Positions 38,705 to 50,528 of a DNA stretch of 64,000 nt are shown one piece after another. A program made the translations under genes and the position numbers. Within the stretch, counting starts at the first letter, position 1, and each line of letters starts with the position of its first letter. The notes under the pieces were generated by a model, which saw only the letters and a list, made by a program, of their open reading frames with translations, was not told the DNA's origin and ran no database searches. Source of the DNA: Bugula neritina (taxonomy: Eukaryota; Animalia; Bryozoa); NCBI GenBank assembly GCA_964035545.1, contig OZ037766.1:31176773-31240772 (forward strand), read 5' to 3'.

Positions 38705-40088
38705 AAAAAGGAACTGATTAGTAATTGTAATTACAGAATATTAAATGCATAAAACCCTGCAAGGAAAGGCTTGGTTTACTGAATTACATAAATTTGAATT
38801 TCTTATCCTACGCATAATTATAGGTTTTCTAAGACGTTGAATTTGTTTATGAAAATGACGAGGTAAACTCGAAATTTGAGGAGTGTTTGACAGAGTAATT
38901 AATGCAGCATGCTAATTAATGTCTCGTGGGACATTGCATGCATGTGTAAGTCTAAATAGAAGGTCTTGAAATATCCAACATTAGTATGTTAGTGATAAGC
39001 ATGCCTGGTAGACATTTATGTAGCATATAGGGGTGTGTACGTATAAGTATTCATTAATAGCATGTAATGATAATATGTAATAAGTAATGAGTAATATATT
39101 GTAAATGATATAAGTAAGGTATTGTGTACAATATACAAAGTATATATGTTTAATATATATCATGATTTGTAATTAAAACCACTTATCCACTGCAAGCTAC
39201 ATGTATACATACCAGTCAGTTAATAACACAATCTTATTATATTATAGTACAATGTATTATATTATATTACATTCTATCATATAACATTCTCTTATAATGC
39301 ATTATATTATAGTACAATATAGTATATTATGGTATGTTGTAATGTATCGTATTGTGTGGTCTTGCAAATAATTACTCTTCTTTGTATTTTATTTTATTGT
39401 ATTATATTGTAATTTATTATATTGTAATATATTATACTATATTAATATACTGCAATATATTGTATCATATTGTATTATTTTATTGTATATAAATTTATGT
39501 TGTATTATCTTATAATAATATGCTATCTTATAGTATATCATATTGCACGGTATTATTTTATAGAATGTTATATTATAGTATATTGCATCATATTGTATTA
39601 TCCTATATAGTATGTTATATTATTAAGTGAGAAATTATATATTATATCATATTGTATTTATTGCAGTGCTTTGTGTCAGATTTAAATGCTTAACATTGTA
39701 TTTCATTTTATTAAAATAATTATATTATTTTATGTTACATAGCATTTTATTTTGCTATACTATATTACATCATTGTCTGCAACACTATCACACATGCATT
39801 ATATTAACAATTTTCTAAATTTTTCAAGATCTTCAACACATATTGTCAAAGAAAATGCTAAACTTATTTCCAGTAAAACACAATAATATATATAAGAACA
39901 AACTTCTTATTATTTGCTATCAGTAAATTTATGCAAATGTTCAAAAATTAGCAGTAAATAATTAAATGAAGCAAAAATATCTGTTTGCACAAATAAAGCT
40001 ATGTTGAATATATAATGTTATAGTAGTTTTACAGGATGTTGATTAACCGCATGTAATTATTTTAATAAAATTTACAATAGTTGTCTTT

Positions 40089-42501
40089 CTAACTTTTCTG
40101 TGATGTTTCATAAATATTTGTAGGAGATATGCTGTTCCAGAGTAACTCAGATAACAGACTGTTCTTAGCAACGTCAGCGTAAGGTAAGTCTAGGATTTGC
40201 TGTCGAGTTATTGCTGTCTGTCTGAAATATAAAATAGACAAAATTGTTGTTATAAAAAACACGGCAGCTATATTCTTTTCATGAGCATGCATAGAATTAA
40301 AATATCTTTAAAGTTATTTCAGTGTAAATTAAAAACTATATGTACTCAGCAGTTAAACTTGCGGGTAAATGAAAAATTTGAGTAGGCCTAAGACTCTGAG
40401 ATATATAAATATCTAATTTCAAATCATTTTCCTATAAACACAAGTTTAGATAGCAAACTAAACTCATTTATACATAATTAACTCTTTGTTTAAGAAATGC
40501 TTAGCATATTTTGTAAAACAGTTGGATTTTAAAAACCTGTTTTTAATTTAGTAAAACATGCAGATAAGAAATATTTACCTTTGAACTTCACTGATTATAA
40601 GAAGGAGTTGGGGCATTCTGAGTGGAAATTCCGAGTATTTCATCATAATGTATGACTGAAGCACTCTTAGCAAGTCATCCCGAAACTGTTGTATTGGATT
40701 TCGATCTTTCAAAGCATAAATTTCTTCAATAAAAAATAATACTCGTTATACCCTTAAAATGCATAGTGACATAAAATACTTTAGTTGAGCTATAGTGTTT
40801 TAATTTTTTAGCTTCATCGGTTTTCATCAAAAGTAGTCTTAATATGTGAAACTGATTGCTAAAAATTTTATAGTGATTTTATGTGAGTTGTCTGCCCAAT
40901 CTCAAGTTACCTTGGGTTGCATTTAGACTGGGCTGCAAGTACACAGGGGTTGTAAGGTCACCGTGTGTTCCAGTCTGCAGGTCATTTCGATAATTATTGC
41001 AGATGGACAAATATTAGAATTAGTGCTACAAACTTGAACTACGTAGTTAAATTCCAAGCTATAGACTATAAAGTTTGAGTGTATCAAGTATTAAGGATAT
41101 ACAGCTGAAATACAATTTAACTGCAGCTCAGTGTTGGTCACTTGATAGCACTTGTATTGGTAGAAAAGTCAGGTTGTTGAAAGTGGTTGTAGGTGGTTGG
41201 AGGATTGCCACTTATAGTTGGCAGTCTGGTAAACTGGTGTTACAACGCATTATAATCATTTTGATAACAACTGAAGGTATAGTTAACATAATAGCAATTA
41301 CTGTAACAATTAACTATACCACTAAACTAATATGTATAATATTATATTGTTTAATACGTTTTAGATTATTCATCATAAGGTAAATATCATGTAAAGGATA
41401 ATATACCTGGCAGCAACAGCGAAAGAATTTTCACGGCAACATATTCGTACTGATCAATCTTCATTTTCTTGAATGTGGAAGATATATAAATAAGTCTTCC
41501 TATATTCTAAATCAACATAAACTATAGGGATAAATAGAATAAATATTTTTATATTGATAAACATAATACTATAAATAAAACAATAAAATTACCTCAACAT
41601 GATTCATCTCCCTTGCTTTCTTCATGTCAATAGTCTTCCCATAACTCAGTCTCACAAATCCGTCTGCATCTCTCGACCTCCAAATCACACCAAAACAAAT
41701 TAACTCCGCCCATGAGTTTTGAAGTAGCAAGACTTGGTCCTCAGTCTACAAAAATTAATCACATGGGATAGTTAGATGCAGCACAGACTTCTGTACTTAG
41801 TGACCCCAGACTTTGTGCTGCATGAAGCCATTTCACATGTCTACTTTAATTATGTGAACTTTAACAAAGATGTTGTGACTTTAAATATCTTTCATTATCC
41901 TGTAGATCTGAATATGAGTAAAGCTGTGATCCAACTTACATTAAATTCAGCAAAGTGGGGCAGTCTCCTAGCCCACCATATCACCTGGTGTAGCCTATGC
42001 TCAGTGAGATGTAACAAGGAGTTAAACTTATCATCATCATCACTGGTCATTCTGTTGGCACAGCAAGGTTGGGGCGTTGTGCTGCACTCTTCATAGTATT
42101 TCTCCAAGGCTACAAGTTCCTGCAATAAGCTTCTAAGTCTAACTATATTGCTACTCAAAGAGAAAATGACATGCAGCAACCCTTGAAAGCTTTGCATGTT
42201 ATGCTTGTCTAGCTTATCAAATACACCTTCAGCATAACAAATAATAATTATACTATACTATACTTATACTATACTAAACATGTATTCTATAACGCAGCCC
42301 CCCTCCCCCCCCCCCTCTATAACATTTGTGGTCCGCCACAAGATTAGCTGACCTTGAAAATTAAACAAAGTGATTTCACTAATAGCTAAAAATACAGGTA
42401 AAACAAAAGCAGCATCTTTAAACGCAAAAATTGAGTTATTTTTAGCTATTTCACTCAATTACCTCCAGCAGCTGGTGTGAAGTCTCAAAGCTATTTGACA
42501 T
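40089..42501 (-). CDS. HR39/NR5B-derived nuclear receptor, ligand-binding domain only (NR-C, ~249 aa)
   Basis: Exons 42463-42501 (MSNSFETSHQLLE), 41940-42119, 41593-41745, 41407-41506, 40579-40723, 40089-40221. Internal exon sizes 180/153/100/145 equal those of the other two receptors. Signature WARRLPHF..EDQVLLLQNSWAE, AF-2 LLSELL. No zinc-finger exons between it and NR-B. Confidence 0.85.
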
Positions 42502-44049
42502 TTCAGGGAGTTGCCTTCTTCCTATACTATAAATGAAATGTGTCAACTGTAAGTATGTTGTTGGTGTCTTTCAATATAAGGAGTGTTGCTTAATTCCACA
42601 ATATTGATGTCTCTACTTTGTCCGCCTAGAATCAAGCCAGGTGAGTCTTGTTATGACCGTTAGTTTATTACTACTTGTTTATTTATATTATTCTACGCGT
42701 CACATTCCAATATGATCAAAATACTACATAGAAATGATTAATGTGTATATATAAAACGTGATTTTAATATGTACGATGGCATGAATTCATATACTGTTGT
42801 TCTTTATATGCAATAGCTCAGCTTAAACAAATGTAAAGTTATTTTATAAAAGCCTAAACAAGCATCTTTCAATATAATACATTTTAATAAATTGACAATC
42901 CATTAAGATTTTTTAAGCAGAAAATCTAAGTTTATAAATTTGATTATTTTAAATAAAGAAGTTTAAAGCTGAAAGTTGTAGTAATAGTACATTTTAAAGA
43001 CATGTACTTTTAGGAAAAGAAGTTGTCTTTTCATTAGGAAAAACAACTACTTCTAAATTTAAGGTTTTAATCCTAAGCTGAAAAGCTTGTGCCCACTGCC
43101 CACTTGACTTAATGCATTTAAAGTAGATTGTAAAAATGTGAACAAAATAAAACAATATAATTCAATTAGCTTGGCATCTCACAATTAGCTGACTCAAAAC
43201 TTTCCTGCATAGTCTATATGACAGCGCTATAACTAAAAATCTTCTGGAAAGGCTAATATAATTAATATTGTCACAACATGTATCAGTTATGAAAGTCAAA
43301 TAAAACTATATTATAAAATATCTAAAAAAATAATTTAACAAAATTATTAATAGCTAAATATGCAGCCCAGGAAATGATAATCTAGAGCATGCCATATTGT
43401 ATAAGATGTAGCAGTTCAAAGATTATTCAACATTTAAATTCTAAACTAACAGAAATAAATCCCTTAACTACTCTATAATAGCTCAGCTGTGACCATGTAA
43501 CTGACTGCACATATGCGTTTTAGGTACATGCGTTTACTGCCAAGTGCCAGCTTTAACTCATTTTTAATTAGATTTGTTAGCAAAACTCTGAAACAAAGAT
43601 AATATTTACACTTTTTACTAAGGAGTCAGTAATATTATTCTACTTTTGATTAAATGTTTAATTTGCTAATTATAAATTTAGCTTTCTAAAGCTTTTAAAA
43701 TAAAGATAGCTTTTTTGTAATATTGTTTAAAATGTATAAATGAAATACAAAATTAGACATACCTGTTGGAGTCTGTAGGGGAAAGTGTCAAAAAGAAATC
43801 AGATGAAAAATTTTATTTTGGCGAAAACATCACGATTATTTTCCATCAACAGCAAGATGGTATTTATAATAATCATTCACCTACCAGTTATTATATACAT
43901 TTCCCATCTCCATTGATTGTTTGCATGAATATCAAAACAGTGACGCCAGATCTGATATCTTGTAGATTCTGTGTCACACTCCACCAGCCAGACGATACGA
44001 ACCGGTTGGTGTCCGTAACATAAGGATAAAAATTGGTAGAAACCAAGGT

Positions 44050-44282
44050 TTGTTTATAAAACCATTTTGCCAAACTGAAAGTTGTGTGTGGGCACTGTGC
44101 CAAATGCACTGCCCACAGGGACTCAACTATCTGCCAATAAAAACACTTGTATAAGAATTTAGTGCTTAACTACTTGATGGTTAGCCAATAAAAATAGTTT
44201 ATGATTCACTGGCACCATATTTGGACAACGTATATATAAATTGGTGATGACAACATTGTATAGCTACAGCGTTGAGGTGAGT
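44050..44282. promoter_or_regulatory. Candidate bidirectional promoter between NR-C and NR-B
   Basis: TTTATAAA 44053-44060 (reads TATAAA on both strands), CCAAT 44134-44138 and 44185-44189, TATATAAA 44233-44240, then a plus-strand donor GAG|GTGAGT at 44277. Confidence 0.4.
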
Positions 44283-45689
44283 AAATTTAGAATTTAAGGG
44301 TTTTAGATGCTACTATTTTTGGTGTAGGTCCTAAGTTTGTTATTAATACAGACAAGTTTAGAGGAGCACTCCATGGGGATTCCCATGACAGGAATTCCAT
44401 CTGCTATCTTAAAAATATTTATTTTGAGAGTTTAATTGGCTACAGAAAGCCACTCTAAAGTTTGGGAATTGCTTTTACCTGCTGTAATTGTTTGGTTTTA
44501 ATCAAAATTATTCAAGTTGAAGAACAACAACTGTATAGGTAGCTTCAATAGTTAATTTCAGTTTGATAAGTGCAATTTGATTTGACACTGACAGTGAAAA
44601 TATCTTGATATCTATAATATCATGGAGCAACTGCAATAAAACTGAGTAGTTGTATGTTTTAAATGGATTGCACTGTAATTAATTGGCAGTTAAATGTTTC
44701 ACATCCTATGACACAAAAATAGCTTAATTTTTGCTTTAGAAAAATTGTTTCTAAAACCTGGACGCATGATGCCATGCAAATTGATAGATATTGCTTCATT
44801 TAAATCAATATTGCAAGTTGATAAATTAGCCAAAGGCTTGTTAGGTGTTTGTATTTAACCTTGTAAACAAATATAAGTATATTGTCCCTGGAAAGCAATG
44901 ACTTTGTATTTTGAAATACTTCTAACCTTGTCTATAGACTTGACTAAAGTGATATCGATCCTTTACCCACTGCCTTAAAACAATTTTTAATGTAAATAGA
45001 CTAGCTAAGTTCTAACTTACAATTTATCAGCTAGATTCTAATTTTAAAACAGAAGCAATGATTTAATTGTACTTATAGGTAGGCATTGTGTAATTAGCTA
45101 ACAGATAAACAATTAACAAACTGTCCCTGATTGTTTGAAGAATAATTATAGTCATCCTGAACCTTATTCTGCATCATATAAATATATTATTAGTCTGCAT
45201 GTTTTTGTGCAATCAAATAATCTAATACAATGTATAAACAATGACTGTCAGCATACGAAATATATTACACCAACTTTATTTTCCTTCGTGAAAATTGTTG
45301 CTTCTGTGCAACATCTTACAGTTGCGGAAATTCTAACGTTGCTGGTATTTACAAACTTAACTTCTTTTATATACATATAAAGTGAATACCAGTAAAAATA
45401 GTAATTATATCCCCAATTTTTTAAAAATAATTAGCCTGAATCTTTTTTGCAGTTTATAACATATTAAATAAAAAAGAGAAGGTAGTTTAATTATACATAG
45501 AGTTATGTCATATATTCTACTTGGCATCCCCGAAATGAAAATTCTTGCTTCCATATATTTAAGAATTGATGCAAATATTTAGCATTTTATAATATTTAGG
45601 CTGATCTTCGAATAAGCTCCTGCATGTTTAGTACATGCAAGATGTTTTATTTAACTCCAGTGACACATCAACTATTTCCTGTTGACCGT

Positions 45690-45958
45690 AATTGGCCCTT
45701 AGCCAATAGATTATTTTCCCATTCTAGCTAACTTTAATCGAGTTGTTTATTATTAGATCTCGCCCGGTGCCAAAGGAATGTTTATAGAAGCAGATGTTTG
45801 TGTTAGACACGTTGTACTAGCGAGTGATGTCATGTCACGTGACTGCTACAGGTACTATAAAACCTAGCGTCTCGCTCTTCATCACCATAACCACTACAGT
45901 AACAGAGAAGGCAGAGAGAGAGAAGCGAATTGATAGTATCATCACTAAAACTGTAAGT
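45690..45958 (+). promoter_or_regulatory. Core promoter and non-coding first exon of NR-B
   Basis: ATTGG 45691-45695 and CCAAT 45703-45707; CRE-like TGATGTCA 45825-45832; palindromic E-box GTCACGTGAC 45834-45843; TATAAAA 45856-45862; donor CT|GTAAGT at 45953; acceptor TTTTACAG ending 46118. Confidence 0.65.
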
Positions 45959-46152
45959 GTTTTACTTTACTTTATTATATAATTTATGTCATATGGAGAC
46001 TTATATTAAAGAGTGGATTAAGACAATTATCATCAGCTATTTATCTCAACTATAATGCAACAACTTAAACTATATTTTCTCATTGTATGATAATGCTTAT
46101 CAATATCAACTTTTACAGTTTCAACAAATTGGAAACAAACTCGGTTAAAGCT

Positions 46153-48647
46153 ATGTCTGCTGAAATTACCCCGCCTCAACTTTTGCAGGTTTGTCTTTTC
46201 AAATTCTCTCTAACTATAATATATAAGTATATGTGGCCGTAACTACTTTTATCTTCATCTTGCATATTTTTCAATTAATTGTCTAAGCCTAAAGTGTTGA
46301 ATCATTCTTTTTATGGTTAGAATTTTAATTAGTTGTTTCTTGGTTAATTTTTCACTAAAATTTACTTTCAGGCTGCAATTAACTTTAAATTGAAATACTA
46401 ATTTAAAATTAGGTTACTATATTTAATAACCTTTAAATAAGTTAGTTTGCAAACTTGCGATGTCAATCACGTATAATTATTCCAAAAGAGGTAGCATAAA
46501 ACAGCATTTCAAGTGTACATCATACCAGCTTATAATGTATAACTTCGACTATTGCAGGAACTTGTAGCCTTAGAGAAATACTATGAAGAGTGCAGTACAA
46601 CGCCCCAGCCTTGCTGTGCCAACAGAATGACTGAAAAGGATCAACACAAGTTCAATTCGTTGTTGCATCTTACTGAGCACAGGCTGCATCAAGTAGTGCG
46701 GTGGGCTCGGAGACTTCCCAACTTTGCTAATTTCGATGTAAGTTTACAAGTTTTTAACTAATACAAAATATTTTGACCAACTCTAAATTAATTTTGCTGC
46801 TTTTGTATTAGTAAAATATTTAGACATTTTGCATGCTATAAATTTATGCTCATATTTAGTTTCGCCAATTTCCTATAATAGATCAATGATCAAGTTTTGC
46901 TACTGAAGAACTCGTGGGCGGAGCTTATATGCTTTGGTGTAGTTTGGAGGTCAAGGGATGCAGACGGATTTGTGAGACTGAGTTACGGGAAGACTATTGA
47001 CATGAAGAAAGCAAAGGAGATGAATCACGAAGAAGTGAGTGACTCCATTTTCAACTCTTCTGTAATTAATTTATATTGTATCGCATTCTGTTAACCCAAT
47101 GTATAAATGTGATTTTTTATAAGTAAATATTTCTTGTAGAATATTGGAAGAGTCATTTACGTCTCTACAACATTCAGGAAGATGAAGGTCGATGTCTACG
47201 AGTATGTAGCTGTCAAAGTTCTCTCCACATTGCTGCCAGGTATAAGAGAATACTCTGATTGGCTGTTTTGATATCCCCGTGTGACCAAATAGTACAAATT
47301 ATGCTCTTATTAAACTTATAGTAGTGTGGATACAAGATAAAGGCTGAAAATAAGGAAAATATGCAAAATATTTAATGTTGAGAAGTTTTTTATTCATCTA
47401 AATTCTATATCCACAATATTGAATTCTATGACATGCAAAATAGTTTATTGAATCTTAAAATATAACACAAACTTATTATGACATTTGATTTTCACAGATA
47501 TAGCCGAATTGTTGGAGAGTGAAAAGATACAGAAAGTTAGAAATGACACACTCGAAGCCCTCCAGCTGTACATCAGTGAAAAGCACCCAGAATCTCCTCT
47601 AAGATTTGCTGAGTTACTATTCACCATCAGTGAAGTTCAGAGGTATATTCCAGATGTGTACTGTGTACAACTATCATCCATTTGTCTAAAACTGCTATCT
47701 GCACTGCACTGCTCACATGTTTTCAATTAAATTGCACTTGGAAACAGAAGTATTTAAACTAGGAATGCATTAGGTTAATTGCTTTACATCAGCTATTGCA
47801 ACTATAGCAAGCTTTTAGTCATAGGAATTTTTCCTGACAACTATTTCATATCAAAATACTTTGAAAGATTGTGGTTTTCGAGAGAGAGCACATTCTTCAA
47901 TATTGGTGCAACTGTTTTTTAAATATATTAACATATATCAACATATATTGCAAAACCAAAAGATATTTTAGAGTTATTTCTAGCAGTAAATAAGACATTG
48001 ACTAAACTCTAGAAATGATACAACACAGTTACTTAAAATAAGCAGGTGGTTTATAGGCTGTGTTGTATCATTTCTAAATATATAATGTTTATATTTGGTT
48101 GTTTTTCTTTCCAGGCTGACAGCTTTGACAAGACAGCAAATTCTTGAGCTGCCACCTGCAGAAGTTGCTAGGAACAGCATCCTAGCCGAGTTGCTGCAGC
48201 ATAACTGCCCCAAATCAGGTAACTATTAGTGACTGCATCCTCAGTACATCATAACAAAGTACTGTGATTTCACCTGGTTACTGGTTTCCCAGGGTATGGT
48301 CTGATTACTTTGTGTAGGAAGGTTTGAACTTTGGCTAATATGATCACCTGGACATTACCACCAAACCAAACATCCTTCCAGCCATAAACAACTTGATGTA
48401 AACAACCATAATTTATTACAAGCAACTATATACCAACAGCTGTCATCAGATATTAAAGTAAGACATAACATGTAATAAATTGTTTTCCATTACAGTACCT
48501 TTGACAGAAGAACAAGCCTTGCGAGTTATACAAACAAACTACAGAGAGTTCCACACATCTAAATCCTCACATACCAAACTCTGTAGATCCCAGTCTATTC
48601 CAGCAGACTTTTCCTCACCAACCAACCCAAACCCAATAGTGGCATAA
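46153..48647 (+). CDS. HR39/NR5B-derived nuclear receptor, ligand-binding domain only (NR-B, ~289 aa)
   Basis: Coding exons 46153-46188 (MSAEITPPQLLQ), 46558-46737, 46882-47034, 47140-47239, 47498-47642, 48115-48218, 48496-48647 (TAA). Signature WARRLPNF..NDQVLLLKNSWAE, AF-2 ILAELL. The upstream non-coding exon (~45887-45952) has no ATG and carries an in-frame TAA. Confidence 0.88.
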
Positions 48648-49987
48648 ACTGCAACCACAACCCAATAGTGGCATGAACAAAGAGGCGAAACAATATTCAA
48701 CATGTCTATATATCTGATTTGCCGTAAAGATAGGCTTTTGTGTGTGCATATATTATATATTTTGTCTTTTATTTCCAATATGTAACACAGTACACTAAAT
48801 TAGATTGTTATTATTTTTGAACTTAATGTAGAAATTTATAGAGCCATATTTTATGTACATACTTAAGGAGCAATTACACTTTGATACTTTTATCATAGTC
48901 ACAAATCGTTAATCATATAACTTGCCTATTATAAATTTATATAAATATTATACTTATTGCTGTGATAATATTAATCTATATATTATATTATATTTTAATA
49001 AACATAGCTTGTTACTGCTTATATACCTTGTAACTTTTACAAATTCAAAATACAGGCACAAAACTATATTTTAAAAATTAGCTTCTCTCTATATTAGGCT
49101 TCTTTCTAGTATTAGAAAGTACAAAAAACTGAAAGACACTAGAAAAGAATTGGCACTAGACAAAAATGTGCATAAAATATATCTCTGTTCCCAATCCACC
49201 AAATTTTATAAATAAATATATTAACATCTTTAGTAATTAATTTTCAACAAGTTATAATTTGAATAATAGCTTCATCGTATTGATTGTTGATGCAGCTTAG
49301 CATAGGCTTGTAGGGGTTACAGCTGATATGTTGAAGTTCTGAGCAGTGCTGCAGTAAGAGCTGCATGTTATCTTCTTCAGCCACCATACTGACCTACTTT
49401 CTATACATCTGTGTTGGCAAACTTCCAAATGTAGAATAGTTAATTTATTCACTGTTATTATAACTGGATAGTTGAAATAAATTGTGGTTAAGCAAAAATA
49501 GTTTTACCACGTACTATAACTGTCAGATTTGCGTGTCAAAATCCTGAAATATTATTTTAATTTCACAAATAGAACATGATCAAACTTATTCTTTAAAGTA
49601 TAAGGATTCGTATTATGCTACTTGTGTATAGCTTTATATGCTTCAATAGCTGCTATATGCATGTAATATCCTGCTATATATGCAATAGCTTATATTAAAA
49701 GAGTCAAAGTTATTTATAAAAAGTTATTAGTTTGTCCAAAGCTAACTTGGGTTACTTAGTGCAAATCAGTCATTGTAGAATACAATAATATAATTGTATG
49801 ATTTACTGTTTCACTACAATTAGTATCTAAAATTGAAAAATAATTATAACTGTAAAAATTATTCTATAACCAAACTAAGTTTTAAAATTCATATATTATA
49901 TGTATATAATTTTGTTTCTCAAAGGTGTAAGGTAATTATTACTGAAATTGTTTTGGGGCATTATAGTAACTATGGGTAAACTCTTAC

Positions 49988-50528
49988 GGTGACTAGTCAA
50001 TTTTCCGAAGACCCATTAGTCCAAAGGTTCATTAAGCTCCAAATGTGATTGTTTATTAAAATATAAAACTGTTATAGTTTTTGTTTTGTAAGCCTATATG
50101 TATTGTATTGTAATTGGTCAAAAAAGGAACGTAATGTTCTTACTTGAACAATTATTTGCTAATGCTTTATTTCTATTTCAGAGCTTTTCGGTTTTTGCAT
50201 TACCGTCCAGAATAAGTTATATAACTCGGCATTAAATATTCAGCATAAATTCCAAATTGCATTAAACTCAGTATATATGCGTGCAAAGATGGCAAATGAT
50301 GGCAAAGAAAGCTTTATTTATAAATTCCCATTCGCAGTAGAGTCTAATTATAAAAAATCTGTGCAATATGAGTATCAATAATTTTAAAAGCTATTTTAAA
50401 TTTATTGTAATAATATATTATGGTGCAACTTGCATAACAACTTGTTTCAGTTAGTGTGTACTAGGCAAATATTTTCGGACTAATGAACCTTTCGGAGCAA
50501 TGGGCCTTCGGAATAATGATCCGTCCCC
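49988..50528. mobile_element. MITE / non-autonomous DNA transposon with modular subterminal inverted repeats
   Basis: TTCCGAAGACCCATTAGTCCAAAGGTTCATTA at ~50003-50034 is the near reverse complement of TAATGAACCTTTCGGAGCAATGGGCCTTCGGAA at ~50480-50512; AT-rich interior; no clear TSD. Confidence 0.7.

Noticed and set aside
42525-42650. Antisense plus-strand first exons (TATAAA and GTAAGT/GTGAGT donors) near the NR-C start
   Set aside because: Short motifs expected by chance in AT-rich DNA; no supporting structure.
40089-48647. NR-B and NR-C as alternative 3' exon cassettes of NR-A
   Set aside because: NR-B is on the opposite strand. NR-C is co-oriented but lies 15 kb beyond NR-A's stop and has its own Met exon homologous to NR-B's. 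Long-range splicing from the NR-A hinge donor to 42119 would be in frame, so it is disfavoured rather than excluded.
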